DNA of 64,000 nucleotides, taken from the IMG/VR virus record IMGVR_UViG_3300028394_000037; one strand, 5' to 3'. Source of the DNA: a virus. The notes under the pieces were generated by a model. The model was given only the letters and a program-made list of their open reading frames with translations, was not told the origin of the DNA and made no database searches. Each line of letters starts with the position of its first letter. The stretch's first letter is position 1. This document shows, one piece after another, positions 18,533 to 28,972 of the stretch. The position numbers and the translations under genes are program-made.

Positions 18533-19963
18533 TTACATGAGATTTTTTACAGAAACACGTCTGTAGTAACGGTTTGCATTAACTTGCAATCTACCTTGAC
18601 CTTGAGTGGTTCCTTCTGCAAATGGGTTAGCAACAATACCGTAACGAGTCTTGAAGCCAATCTTTGGTTGGAAGGAGTTCTCACCAACGGCACGAACCAT
18701 TTGGAGAGGAACATAAGGACAATAGAAGAGTCCAGCATCATAAGGGGATGTACCCTTATAACCGACAACATAGTACTGATTAGTACCTTGTGCAAGACCA
18801 ATGTTGTTAGCAGCGAGGTTAGCAGAATATGGGTCAATATATACGCGGAATTTGCCCATCAATGTACCAGCAAAAGTATTGCCAGTGTCATCAACGTTAA
18901 GGTTAGCGTTGAGTGCAGGGGTGTAGTCAAGAACACCAGCCATGGTAAGTGCTGAAGCAACGTCAGCAGAACACATGATGATGTTGCCCTTTCCACGACG
19001 AGTTCTTTGTGCGATTGCGTTAGCATCACGCTCAATTTGGAACAAGAGACCCTTGAACTTCTCAACTGACCAACGACCGTTGGAATCAACGTCAAGGTCA
19101 AATACACCAGCAGTAGCGGTGTTTTGAACAGCACCTTGCTCAGCAACCTTGTAGATGGTACGAATAACTTCGCGGTTGATTTCAGCAAGAATCTCAGTTG
19201 AGAGAATGTTTGCCAATTCCGCTTCAGCATTCAGACCATGAATTGCCTTAAGGTCTTGTGCGAGTTCTAATGAGTACTCAGCCTTGAGTGCTCTAGACTT
19301 TGCAGTAACAGTGACCTTCTCAATTGAGAATGCCATCTGGTTGAACTGGTCACCACCAGCGCCATCTCCAAGTGCTTCTGCATCACCAGTCTGCATTCCG
19401 TTACCAACGTTGTATGCAGTTTGATCGCCAGCACCACCAACAGGGTTAAGAACTGATGGGTTGGTTCCAGATTGTGAAGTAGTACCAATACCAGCAGCAG
19501 TGCTACCAAATCCAACGTTATCAAACGCTGAATTTTGTCCAGAGAATGCTGAATCTACTTCATTGTAGAATGCTTCATTACCGGATTGATTGGTGTAACG
19601 TGAACGCATTGCGAAGATGAGTCCAGTAGGACCGCTCATTGGTTGAACACCTGCGAGGTCATAAGCGACCAAGTTAGGCATTGAACGACGAATGAGTGAG
19701 ATTAGAACTGGATCAAAACCTGCGGTAGGACCACCAGAAGCAGAACCACCACTGAAACCACCAGTACCAGTTGAGTTAGTTGGTGATTCCATGAGCATAC
19801 TCATGGATCCATTATCAAAAGAAGATTGCTCTCTTAAGAATTTTTCTTGATTTTCTAGCAGGACTGCGGTTACAGCTCTACGATGGGAATCTTTAATTTG
19901 ATCAAGACCCTCATAGTTGAGAAGTGGTGCCCACTTTTCCTGCAGATGTTCTGATTGAAACAT
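18533..19963 (-). CDS. gp23: Major capsid protein gp23
   Basis: LQEKWAPLL, FDPVLISLIRR, GVQPMSGPTGLIFAMRSRY, AKSRALKAEYS.ELAQDLKAIHG, FQPKIGFKTRYG. Confidence 0.99.
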   Translation of the reverse strand: MFQSEHLQEKWAPLLNYEGLDQIKDSHRRAVTAVLLENQEKFLREQSSFDNGSMSMLMESPTNSTGTGGFSGGSASGGPTAGFDPVLISLIRRSMPNLVAYDLAGVQPMSGPTGLIFAMRSRYTNQSGNEAFYNEVDSAFSGQNSAFDNVGFGSTAAGIGTTSQSGTNPSVLNPVGGAGDQTAYNVGNGMQTGDAEALGDGAGGDQFNQMAFSIEKVTVTAKSRALKAEYSLELAQDLKAIHGLNAEAELANILSTEILAEINREVIRTIYKVAEQGAVQNTATAGVFDLDVDSNGRWSVEKFKGLLFQIERDANAIAQRTRRGKGNIIMCSADVASALTMAGVLDYTPALNANLNVDDTGNTFAGTLMGKFRVYIDPYSANLAANNIGLAQGTNQYYVVGYKGTSPYDAGLFYCPYVPLQMVRAVGENSFQPKIGFKTRYGIVANPFAEGTTQGQGRLQVNANRYYRRVSVKNLM

Positions 19964-20019
19964 TTGCTTTTACCTTTAGTAAGTGTGTTTTTTTGCGTTT
20001 GATTTAATATTAAAATCAG

Positions 20020-21207
20020 TTATTTGCTGAATGCTGAAAGAGTTTTCAAGTAAGAAGCCATTGTTCCTGAAATTGATTCAGGTGAACTATCTACACCTTC
20101 TGATAAAGTTTCAGTTTTAGCTTTTGGAGTTCTATGAGTTGGGAAGTATGACTCCCTCAATATCTCCAATTTTTCACGATATTCTGCTTCACTTTCAAAC
20201 TCAACACTTTCGGAAAGTGAGGCGAGCTTCTCTTTCTGAGTAATCGCAAGACCCTCAGAAACTTGATCTAAGATTCCATCAGCAACCGACTCTGCGAGAC
20301 GCCTGTTAAGGGAAACATTTTTCTCAATCTGCTCGTTGAGTTTTGTCTCCATTTCATCAAGTTTTACTACCATACTATCTAACACATCATATTTATCTTC
20401 AGGGATTTCTACATAATGTTCTTCAAAAAGACCTTTCATTCCTGAAAGGAATGATTCTGTAAGTTCTGACTTAAGACCTTGCTCAATTGCAAGAAAATTT
20501 TCTGCAAACCATTCATCAGAAACATATTCTAGATAGGAATCAACACGATCACTAAGATTTTCTTTGATGATTTCAACTTCTTCAATCAATCTTTGATCAT
20601 ATTGATACTCAAGAGATTCTTTAATTTCATAAACTTTAGATTTTAAAGCAGCTTCAAAAATTGTTTTTGCTTTTACTTTAAATTCTTCTGAAAGATCTTC
20701 GCCACCAAGAAGAGCATTTACATCCTCTTCAATTTCAAAACTTTCATCCATATCTTCTTTTTCATCTTCTTCATCCTCATCATCTTCTTCAGATTTCTTA
20801 GGATTCTTTTTACCATATTCTTTTTTATCTTCCTTCTTATCTTCTTCACTCCCTTCGTCTTCGTATTCTTCCTCTTCTTCTTTTGCTTCTAGAAGTTCTT
20901 CATCTTCATCATAATCAGAATCTTCCTTCATTCCTTTCATTGGGCCAGCACCTTTTGCACCCTTGTTTACAACATCTCTAACTTGCTTGAGTGTTGCACC
21001 AGGAGTTTTAAGTTTTGCTGTTCCGTTTTCATCATTAGTATAATCTTCTGGAGTAGGACCACCGAGGTCTTCCCAACTACCAGTTTGCCCAGCGACAGCG
21101 CCGCCAGCTAATTTTGGCATCGCATCTGCTGCTTTAGCATTCGTATTCACAGCAGTTTTGGATTGCTTAGTGCCTACTTCCATTTCTTGTAGATCTCCAC
21201 GAGACAT
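20020..21207 (-). CDS. gp22: Prohead core scaffold protein gp22
   Basis: LSEEFKVKAKTIFEAA, DSYLEYVSDEW; acidic coiled coil between gp21 and gp23. Confidence 0.93.
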   Translation of the reverse strand: MSRGDLQEMEVGTKQSKTAVNTNAKAADAMPKLAGGAVAGQTGSWEDLGGPTPEDYTNDENGTAKLKTPGATLKQVRDVVNKGAKGAGPMKGMKEDSDYDEDEELLEAKEEEEEYEDEGSEEDKKEDKKEYGKKNPKKSEEDDEDEEDEKEDMDESFEIEEDVNALLGGEDLSEEFKVKAKTIFEAALKSKVYEIKESLEYQYDQRLIEEVEIIKENLSDRVDSYLEYVSDEWFAENFLAIEQGLKSELTESFLSGMKGLFEEHYVEIPEDKYDVLDSMVVKLDEMETKLNEQIEKNVSLNRRLAESVADGILDQVSEGLAITQKEKLASLSESVEFESEAEYREKLEILRESYFPTHRTPKAKTETLSEGVDSSPESISGTMASYLKTLSAFSK

Positions 21208-21243
21208 TTGAACTCTCCGATTTACCTGTATTAAATCTATATT

Positions 21244-21251
21244 TATTTATA
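21244..21251 (-). promoter_or_regulatory. Late promoter TATAAATA upstream of gp22/gp23
   Basis: Exact T4 late consensus in intergenic gap; similar ATAAATA boxes precede gp19-gp20, gp18, 28973..30475, gp13, gp8 and gp25. Confidence 0.75.
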
Positions 21252-21253
21252 AT

Positions 21254-21904
21254 TTAAAGATTTGCTAGAAAATCGTTGAACAGATTTAATTTCTGCTCAT
21301 CAAGTTGTTTTTGGTCAGAAAGAGTATTAATTCTTCTTTGAATTTTAGTTGCAACTTGTTCACGAAGAATTCCTCCTTCCCAAATCCACTCCTTACCTTC
21401 CATAATTCCCTGAACAAATGCATCAGGGGCAGAAGGGTCTGCAACAATATCTGCAGCAGTAGCAAGCATAAAATCTTGACCAACTTCATTGTATCCATCA
21501 CGATTTCTTATGACAGATCCTATACCACGAGAAGATACTCCAAGAGTAACTCCAGAGTTTAAGAGTGCCTCTGCAATTTTACCCATTGGAGTTGGAAGAA
21601 TTTGAGCTTTACCAATAAAATTATTTCCCTCAGCATAAAGGCAAACAATTTTATGAGAAACTCTATCCAAATTTACAGTCGGACCATCAGGATGTCCGAG
21701 TTCTCCAAGTGCCCTACCTTTCAAGATATAATTTTCATTATATCGTTTAACTTCCCTTTCCATTACTGGAAAGCGATATACTCTATTATTACGATTTGGT
21801 TGTTCCGTTTGAAGGAATGGACCTTGAATGAATAGTGTTTTCTTACCATTTACACTTTCGGTAAGAACTTCTACTGATTCTATTTCTTCGGTAATGAGTT
21901 TCAT
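21254..21904 (-). CDS. gp21: Prohead protease gp21
   Basis: NRNNRVY, ALGELGHP, GVSSRGIGS, DIVADPSAPDA. Confidence 0.97.
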   Translation of the reverse strand: MKLITEEIESVEVLTESVNGKKTLFIQGPFLQTEQPNRNNRVYRFPVMEREVKRYNENYILKGRALGELGHPDGPTVNLDRVSHKIVCLYAEGNNFIGKAQILPTPMGKIAEALLNSGVTLGVSSRGIGSVIRNRDGYNEVGQDFMLATAADIVADPSAPDAFVQGIMEGKEWIWEGGILREQVATKIQRRINTLSDQKQLDEQKLNLFNDFLANL

Positions 21905-22458
21905 CAGGCTTGGTTGGTAATTTGTACTTGTTGATAATAAAGTATTCCACCACCACCTGCCCCGTAAGCAGCAATCTTTTGAGAAATAACTGCGGTAGCA
22001 TCGGTTGGCGCAAAGGCAGTCAGAATTCCACTTGAATTATAGCTTACGGTAATTCTGCCTTGGAAATAACCATTTACACCAGAAGATGTATCTACAGATG
22101 CAACTCTCTGATGGGAGAAATCATAATATGATTGTCCACTTGCAGTTAGACTGATATAATCACCAACACCAAATGGTGCTTGAGTACCTTCTGCAAAGGT
22201 TAGAATCGTTGATGTTCCAGTGGTAACACCAACTACTCTATTAGATGCTTTTGTAAGCGCAAGAGTTACTGCAGACCCTGATGGAATGTAGTAGTCAGTT
22301 ACTGATGTAGCTGGACTTGCTGCAATTGCAACGTGTGCAGCTCCACCAACCGCAATCACTCTCAAAGTATCAGACTGAACTGAAAATGCTGTTGAAGTTG
22401 TTGCGGTTCCTGCTGTAAATGCAAATGAGGCACCTGCCCCAACCGGTCTATGCGTCAT
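21904..22458 (-). CDS. Hypothetical virion-associated protein
   Basis: A/T/S/G-rich beta-type protein within head gene cluster, coupled to gp21. Confidence 0.7.
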   Translation of the reverse strand: MTHRPVGAGASFAFTAGTATTSTAFSVQSDTLRVIAVGGAAHVAIAASPATSVTDYYIPSGSAVTLALTKASNRVVGVTTGTSTILTFAEGTQAPFGVGDYISLTASGQSYYDFSHQRVASVDTSSGVNGYFQGRITVSYNSSGILTAFAPTDATAVISQKIAAYGAGGGGILYYQQVQITNQA

Positions 22459-22511
22459 TATTCGTATAATACATTTATTAGTTATTTAGTATTTCTCACA
22501 AGTTCTCAATA

Positions 22512-22697
22512 TCACTCTTCGTCTTCTTCCTCATATTCTTCTTCGGAGTCTTCATCTTCACCAAATAGTGAAGATGCTACCATTGGACGAAATGCATCCA
22601 GTCTTTCTGCAGATTTTGAGAACAACAAGTCCTTAATTTTATCGCTAATATGCGAAGGAGATTCGTCAGAAACAATCATATCCATCAGTTCATCCAT
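22512..22697 (-). CDS. Small acidic head-region protein (gp67-like position)
   Basis: Acidic tail; follows portal; TATAAATA at 22723-22730. Confidence 0.65.
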   Translation of the reverse strand: MDELMDMIVSDESPSHISDKIKDLLFSKSAERLDAFRPMVASSLFGEDEDSEEEYEEEDEE

Positions 22698-22731
22698 AGT
22701 TTTGACCAATTACTTACTTGTGTATTTATAT

Positions 22732-24417
22732 TTATATTTCAGCCCCTTTGGGAATTTCTGCTACTTTTGCATCTACTTTTGTAACATCTCCTTGCTTATC
22801 AATATTTGGTTCCATTACTGGTTGTCCTAAATTACCCATTTGACCATCTTGCAATGGCATTCCAGTCTGAGGATCAATTGGAGTATTTGGATCTGGAATG
22901 ATACCATTTTCAATTTCCTTTTTCATCAACATATCCTGTTCAAGAATCTCAACGTCAGTTTGACGAAGAATTTTTCTTCTCAGATAATCTTGAGAAAAAT
23001 ACCTACCAACATATGGTTCTGCAACTTGAACCATATTTAATCTTTCATTGAGAAGTTCTGCATCTTTAAGTTCTGCAAAGTGATTATCATACAAGAAGTC
23101 ATATTGAATATGTTCATCCATCATCTCCCAATCTTCTGGAGTAATAATATTTTTAAGAAGTAATTGAGTTCTTAGCATATCATTGAACATATATGAGAAT
23201 CTTTTTCTCAAACGAGCAACAAATTTACTAAACTTAACTTCATCACGAAGAATTTCAGATGAACGTCCTAAATTAAATCCACCTTCACCATCCATTCTTG
23301 ATGGTGGAACATTTAGAGAACGATAAAGTTTTTTCTTAAAGTATTCAATATCTGTAATTTCTCCAAGATTTTGACCACCAGGAAGAGTTGTAATTTCTGT
23401 TCCTCTACCACCTTCTCTACGTGGAAGCCAGAAATCTTCCAGCATACTCATAAATTTCTTATCATCTCGTACTTCACCAGTATTGGCATCATATACAAGT
23501 TTATTGCGATATCTCATCATTACATCACGAAGATATTGCTCTGCTTTAACCTTAGGGAGATTACCAACGTCAATATAGAAAATTCTTCTTTCTGGAGCAC
23601 GAGAAAGTCTATAGATTACAAGACTATCTTCAATCATTCTCAATTGATTGAGAGATTTGATTGACTTATGTAGATATGAAAGAGTTGATCCTTTATTGCG
23701 ATCTACAAGACCTGAAGTGCAATATGTAATGGAATCTTTTGTCATCTTGATTCCTGCCTCACCACCCAAAGCTGAAGGATTTCCTGTAGGATATGTCATC
23801 TTTGGATTGTAGATGAAATATTCCTCCAATTCTGGAAATTCATATTCCATTGGATTGCTATTATTTGTATTTCCTAATCTATATTTTCTATCACTATCTT
23901 TTGTTTTTTTCTGTTGCCTTACATAACGCATCTTCATTGCGTCAATATATCTTAATTCTTGAATTCCTTCTTCTGGTTTTTTAAAATCAATTACTTTATG
24001 ATAATAAAGTCTTCCATCAATATACCAATTTCTATAAATTTCGTGAGATTTTCTATCAAAATCCAATAAATCTAAAATAACTTTAAATTCTTCTCTGATC
24101 TTTTTCTTTATACCATCACTGGCATTTAGATTTGAAAGTTCAATTTGTACCGGAGAATCATTTGTATCTGATACAATTGCTTCATTTACTAAATCTTCAA
24201 TTGCACTATCACATTCTGGATGAAGTGCCATTTCACGGTATCTTTTAATTAAATCAAACTCAGTTCTATAAACACCTTCAATATCTACATAAGAACCAAA
24301 AAATCCACTACTTAGATAAAAATCAGACCCGTCTTCACTGTTAGGTGCGACGGGCGATACTGTAGATGGAGATAGTGGTTGATTGTCCTCAATAGAAAAA
24401 CCAAATAATTTTGCCAT
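22732..24417 (-). CDS. gp20: Portal vertex protein gp20
   Basis: RAPERRIFYIDVGNLPK.KAEQYL, EDFWLPRREGGRGTEITTLPGG. Confidence 0.98.
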   Translation of the reverse strand: MAKLFGFSIEDNQPLSPSTVSPVAPNSEDGSDFYLSSGFFGSYVDIEGVYRTEFDLIKRYREMALHPECDSAIEDLVNEAIVSDTNDSPVQIELSNLNASDGIKKKIREEFKVILDLLDFDRKSHEIYRNWYIDGRLYYHKVIDFKKPEEGIQELRYIDAMKMRYVRQQKKTKDSDRKYRLGNTNNSNPMEYEFPELEEYFIYNPKMTYPTGNPSALGGEAGIKMTKDSITYCTSGLVDRNKGSTLSYLHKSIKSLNQLRMIEDSLVIYRLSRAPERRIFYIDVGNLPKVKAEQYLRDVMMRYRNKLVYDANTGEVRDDKKFMSMLEDFWLPRREGGRGTEITTLPGGQNLGEITDIEYFKKKLYRSLNVPPSRMDGEGGFNLGRSSEILRDEVKFSKFVARLRKRFSYMFNDMLRTQLLLKNIITPEDWEMMDEHIQYDFLYDNHFAELKDAELLNERLNMVQVAEPYVGRYFSQDYLRRKILRQTDVEILEQDMLMKKEIENGIIPDPNTPIDPQTGMPLQDGQMGNLGQPVMEPNIDKQGDVTKVDAKVAEIPKGAEI

Positions 24418-24447
24418 AACTAAATTATAATTTGATGCTACTATTTA

Positions 24448-25029
24448 TCAGTTACTTTTACCAACAGGATACCAATAATTCACTTGAAATTCAACAGTAA
24501 ATTCTTCAATTTGATCTGAAGAATCAAATGAGAGATCAATTGCAGAAATATTAGTTGGGAATATATCTTCAAATTTATATTCCTTTGCACTTTTAATACC
24601 GCCACCACTACTGGCTGTCATAGTTGAAACATTTCTATCCAATTGAGTCACTGTGGCATTTGCCATATAATCTGCCGGAGTTGTTACCCCACTCGCATCT
24701 TTATACTGACCAATATGTTGCATCCAGCTTTCCATAAACGTTCTGATTACAAAATCAGTATCGTTAATGACAGTAATCTGCCAAGTATCAAATGTACGAT
24801 CTCCTGCTACCTTAAATACTCTTCCTCTAAAAGGAACATCAATATTACCAACATTTGATGCTGGAAGATTTGTTGCCTTACATAACAATGTAAATTTTGC
24901 ATCAATTTGTGAACCAACTGCTGTCTGTGCCGCCGCTGGTAGAGTTATTCCAACTTCAAATAGATTGGGGCGAGCACCACCACCCGAAAGTGCTGTTTTA
25001 AAATCTGATAGAGTTTTGTTTGTTGCCAT
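24448..25029 (-). CDS. gp19: Tail tube protein gp19
   Basis: GGARPNLFEV, VPFRGR.FKVAGDRTFDTW, IEEFTVEFQV. Confidence 0.96.
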   Translation of the reverse strand: MATNKTLSDFKTALSGGGARPNLFEVGITLPAAAQTAVGSQIDAKFTLLCKATNLPASNVGNIDVPFRGRVFKVAGDRTFDTWQITVINDTDFVIRTFMESWMQHIGQYKDASGVTTPADYMANATVTQLDRNVSTMTASSGGGIKSAKEYKFEDIFPTNISAIDLSFDSSDQIEEFTVEFQVNYWYPVGKSN

Positions 25030-25063
25030 TTGTAAAATCTCCTTTGGTTTTAGTTAGTTATGT

Positions 25064-27265
25064 TTAAACAGTACCAGCAACTTCTTCAAAACTTACACCA
25101 GTGCGAGTTGCAACAAATGTAAGAGTAACATAGTTAATTGACTTGGTTGGTTTTAAGTAGATGTCAGCACGGAATTCATTGTTATCAATAACATCAGGAG
25201 TATTGTTTGTGGTGTCACAAACAACAAGGAATCCATAGAGTCCTCTTTTTGCTTGTACATCACGGAGATATGGTTCAACAATATTTCTAAAGTTTGCTCT
25301 AGTGAGGTCATCGTTGAGTTCAAAGAGTTGAGCATTTGCTGATTTTTGAAGTGCCTGCTCAATTGTTAGGAACAATCTACGAACGTTAATGCGGTCAAAT
25401 GCAGATGCATACCCAAGTGCAGTCTTATCACCAAAGAGAAGAGTACCAATACCTGGTTGAGTAACAATAGAATTAACTCTCAAAGGATAGAGTTGATCTC
25501 TTTGATCCTTGGAAGGATTGTATGCAAGTTTAATTGCATTATTCAAAATACCTCTCTGTTGTCCAGCAGGAGAGAACCAAGGATATGATGTAATGTTTGT
25601 TCTGCACATTAAACCTGCAATATCGGCATTACAAGGAATGTAGCGGAACTGATTGTTGAATCTATCATAGGTGTACTTATATCCACTATCAAAGACTGCA
25701 TAAGACGATGAAGAAAGTGAACTAAAGAATCTAATTAGATTATTAGTTTGAGTTGTTGTATTGGTAATATTTACCAAATTTGCCCTATGAGGACCAACTA
25801 CTGCAATACAATCTTTTCTTAAATTAGCAATTGAGATTAAACTATTTGCCTTTGCCTGTGAATCAAATTCATTGGTTAAACCAGGACCCATAATTAAATA
25901 ATCAACAGCAACACCATCTCTGTTAGTGAAGAGGTCATATGAAGTTGTTAAATCTCCAAGAGTTGCTTCCATTCCACCAGAAGCAGAATAATCAACACCA
26001 CCAGTTAAGGTGTAAGTCTTATTGCCAATTGCATTGAAGGTAATACCCTGTGCATTTTGTCCCCAGAGTCCTCCATTAGTAGTAATTGGAGTAAATGATG
26101 TTGAGAAGGCAACTGCTCTTGGTGTAGTTCCCCAGAAAGCATCTGTCGCACTAGATGTATTATATCCTGAGTAGATTTGTGATGAGAAATCTGCAATATA
26201 ATTCTTATACCAGATTTTCTGTGGAGAATTAACTGCAGAAATTGCATCAAGTGCCTTAGAAAGTCCTACGTGATTCTCAATAATCGCACCTTGAATTCCG
26301 GTGATTGTACCGAAATCATCAACAACAGCAATATTGATGCCATCTCCTTCTCCACCTCTTCCAGCAGTGTAACTTGTAGTTACTGGTTTTGGTGCAATAG
26401 ACTTCCAATATACAGTACTATTGGTTAAACCAAGAGTTTGTTGATCGTACCAATCTACAACGGTTGCTGGAGTTACACCTGCTAATCCTTGTGTAGAACC
26501 AGTAGCAATACCAGAATTATTTACAAACTTAATTGTATTTGAAGTTGTGAAAGATGCATAACTTGCAGATTGTGCATAGTTAATTGCAGTTTCTGTACCT
26601 GTAGAAGAAACTCTTGAAACAATATGAACATCAATTGCACTATTTCCGTTAGTGGAATCAGTAGTAACTCCAGTAATAATTCCTTTTAGATATCCATTAA
26701 ATACTGAAGTTGTTCCTGTACCAGGAAGGACAACATTGCTAAGTGCTGCAGTAACACCAAATCCAATCGTAGCACCTAAAGTGCCTGGATTAGTAGTTGT
26801 GATACCTATAGTTTGATCTGCAAAATCATCAATAAAACAAACCTTCAAACTATTTGCCCAAGAACCTGGATTTTTAGCTGCAAAAGTGAAGTTAGTTGCA
26901 GTTGAAAAATTATTTTGATAATCGTCGTAATTTTTAATGTTGAGTGTAGTAGTTGTTCCAATTCCTACACCAGCATTTGCACAATTAAGTGTGCTACCAC
27001 TAGTTCTAACGACCTTAAGAACACCACCATATGAAAGATATGATGAAGCACTCATCCAGTACTCATATTGAGCATTTGTTGAAAGTGGTTTACCGAAAGT
27101 ATTGATTAAATCTTGTTCGGTTGAAATGTTAATTGGAGAATCTACAGGTCCAATTGAAAATGGTCCAGCAATTGCTCCAATATTGTCTATTACATTATCT
27201 GCTCTCCCAACTGTTAAATCAACTTCCCTAGTAAGTACCCCAGGAGATAATTGAGGAGTCGCCAT
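25064..27265 (-). CDS. gp18: Tail sheath protein gp18
   Basis: SPGVLTREVD, WFSPAG..RG, FDRINVRRLF, KSINYVTLTFVATRTG. Confidence 0.97.
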   Translation of the reverse strand: MATPQLSPGVLTREVDLTVGRADNVIDNIGAIAGPFSIGPVDSPINISTEQDLINTFGKPLSTNAQYEYWMSASSYLSYGGVLKVVRTSGSTLNCANAGVGIGTTTTLNIKNYDDYQNNFSTATNFTFAAKNPGSWANSLKVCFIDDFADQTIGITTTNPGTLGATIGFGVTAALSNVVLPGTGTTSVFNGYLKGIITGVTTDSTNGNSAIDVHIVSRVSSTGTETAINYAQSASYASFTTSNTIKFVNNSGIATGSTQGLAGVTPATVVDWYDQQTLGLTNSTVYWKSIAPKPVTTSYTAGRGGEGDGINIAVVDDFGTITGIQGAIIENHVGLSKALDAISAVNSPQKIWYKNYIADFSSQIYSGYNTSSATDAFWGTTPRAVAFSTSFTPITTNGGLWGQNAQGITFNAIGNKTYTLTGGVDYSASGGMEATLGDLTTSYDLFTNRDGVAVDYLIMGPGLTNEFDSQAKANSLISIANLRKDCIAVVGPHRANLVNITNTTTQTNNLIRFFSSLSSSSYAVFDSGYKYTYDRFNNQFRYIPCNADIAGLMCRTNITSYPWFSPAGQQRGILNNAIKLAYNPSKDQRDQLYPLRVNSIVTQPGIGTLLFGDKTALGYASAFDRINVRRLFLTIEQALQKSANAQLFELNDDLTRANFRNIVEPYLRDVQAKRGLYGFLVVCDTTNNTPDVIDNNEFRADIYLKPTKSINYVTLTFVATRTGVSFEEVAGTV

Positions 27266-27319
27266 TTTTTTCTCCGTAAAGTCTCAGTTTATCTAAAAGA
27301 TATTTATTAAATTATTAAT

Positions 27320-28966
27320 TTACATATATTGCCACATAAAAGATCTATCGCCATATTCATCTGCAAACCATCTATCCCCATCAACGTCTGTGAAACTAGA
27401 ATCACCCATTCCATCATCCATAAATCCAAATGGTGCCATATCTTGATCTATTTGATTTTTTTGTTCCTCATACAATTTCTTTCTTACATCTTGATCTGTA
27501 AGTTCTTTAAAATAATCCTGCGCTACTAACCAGGCATAAATTACTAAACACATTGCAAGATCATCATTACATCCTTCTTCTGCTTCAAATGAATTATGTT
27601 TTTGAATAAATGTTGTAAGTTCGCTAATAATTTCATAATCATTGAATAATAATTTATTCTCTTCAATCATTGTCTTTAAGTTCAAACATCCAACTTTTTT
27701 TACAGTTTTGGACATTTTTACTCCAAGTTGAGTTTTCTTTCCAGAAAATCCTTGTCCCACAATTTGACCAGCACGACCTCTCATTGAACACATAAGAATA
27801 TTTTGGTATTCCAGATCATATTGAAGAATACTTGCTACTTGATCTCCAATATCATTCACTTCACATAAAATAAAAGCATTGTTATAACTTTTTGCTATTT
27901 CATAAATTATACTAGGAAATATCATTGGTTTAATTTCATTATTTCTATACTTTGCAACAATTACGTGTGGAAATATTGTAATATCTACTATTACAAATGC
28001 AGAATAATCATTTCCAACTCCTCTAGCAACGTCTACAGTGATAATATAATCGTGTTTATCTTCTGGGTCCAGATAAACATCTAAACCACCACTACGGGTC
28101 TTAGGATTATCATAGACAAAACTTCTAAGTTTACTTGGTGCAATCAGAGTATCAACAGAACCAAGAAATTCACATTCAAACTCAACCTTAAATTGTTGTT
28201 CACTAGTATTGGCAATTGTCTGTGCTTTCCAAACTTCGTCTCTGCCAGGAACTTCAGTCCAATGAACATCTGTTGGAATATATTCATTTTTTCCTCTTTC
28301 TGCATCGTGCCACATTCGGTAGAAGTGATTCATACCGTGAGGTGTGGATACAATAATTACCTTTGTTGATTTACCAGATGAAATTGTGGGATAAACAGAA
28401 GCAAAGAATTGATCTGCAATATGATTTGGAATGAATGCAAATTCATCCATAAAAATAATATTAAATGACATACCACGAACAGCAGATGCAGATGTTGATG
28501 CTGCAATAATTTTTGAACCATTCTCAAGCATCAAGCTTCCTTTATTCCAAGAAAGAATACCCTGTTGCATCCATTTGGGTAAGTTTTCATATGCAATTTG
28601 AAGACGCTCAAGAAGTTCTCTTGCAGTTGCTGCCTTGTTTGCAAGAATACCAATATTTACACTATCATTAAAAACTGCGTAATGTAAAAGATAAGAAACC
28701 ACAGTTGTAGATTTACCTGTTTGACGAGGCATTTTACATATATTAAATCTATTATTATGAAAGTTTCTTATCAATTTTTTTTGAAATTCATACATATCAA
28801 AAGGAATTAGTCCTCTATCAACGTTTACAATTTTTACATAATTTTCTGCGAAATATACTGGATCTTCTTTACATTTAATAAACTCAAGAATATTATCTTC
28901 TGTAAATTCAATATGAGTATTTGCTTTTTTTAAATTAGGATTACCTAAGTAAATATCATCTGCCAT
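27320..28966 (-). CDS. gp17: Terminase large subunit gp17
   Basis: YLGNPNLK, PRQTGKST, FMDEFAF, DVARG, DDLAM. Confidence 0.98.
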   Translation of the reverse strand: MADDIYLGNPNLKKANTHIEFTEDNILEFIKCKEDPVYFAENYVKIVNVDRGLIPFDMYEFQKKLIRNFHNNRFNICKMPRQTGKSTTVVSYLLHYAVFNDSVNIGILANKAATARELLERLQIAYENLPKWMQQGILSWNKGSLMLENGSKIIAASTSASAVRGMSFNIIFMDEFAFIPNHIADQFFASVYPTISSGKSTKVIIVSTPHGMNHFYRMWHDAERGKNEYIPTDVHWTEVPGRDEVWKAQTIANTSEQQFKVEFECEFLGSVDTLIAPSKLRSFVYDNPKTRSGGLDVYLDPEDKHDYIITVDVARGVGNDYSAFVIVDITIFPHVIVAKYRNNEIKPMIFPSIIYEIAKSYNNAFILCEVNDIGDQVASILQYDLEYQNILMCSMRGRAGQIVGQGFSGKKTQLGVKMSKTVKKVGCLNLKTMIEENKLLFNDYEIISELTTFIQKHNSFEAEEGCNDDLAMCLVIYAWLVAQDYFKELTDQDVRKKLYEEQKNQIDQDMAPFGFMDDGMGDSSFTDVDGDRWFADEYGDRSFMWQYM

Positions 28967-28972
28967 AATTTA

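Noticed and set aside
20750-20930. GAA/GAT-rich tandem-looking DNA in gp22
   Set aside because: Simply encodes the acidic low-complexity linker of the scaffold protein
3071-28966. Inteins, group I introns or homing endonucleases in gp43, gp41, uvsW, gp20, gp17
   Set aside because: Proteins are of ordinary length with contiguous motifs; no HNH, GIY-YIG or LAGLIDADG ORF seen
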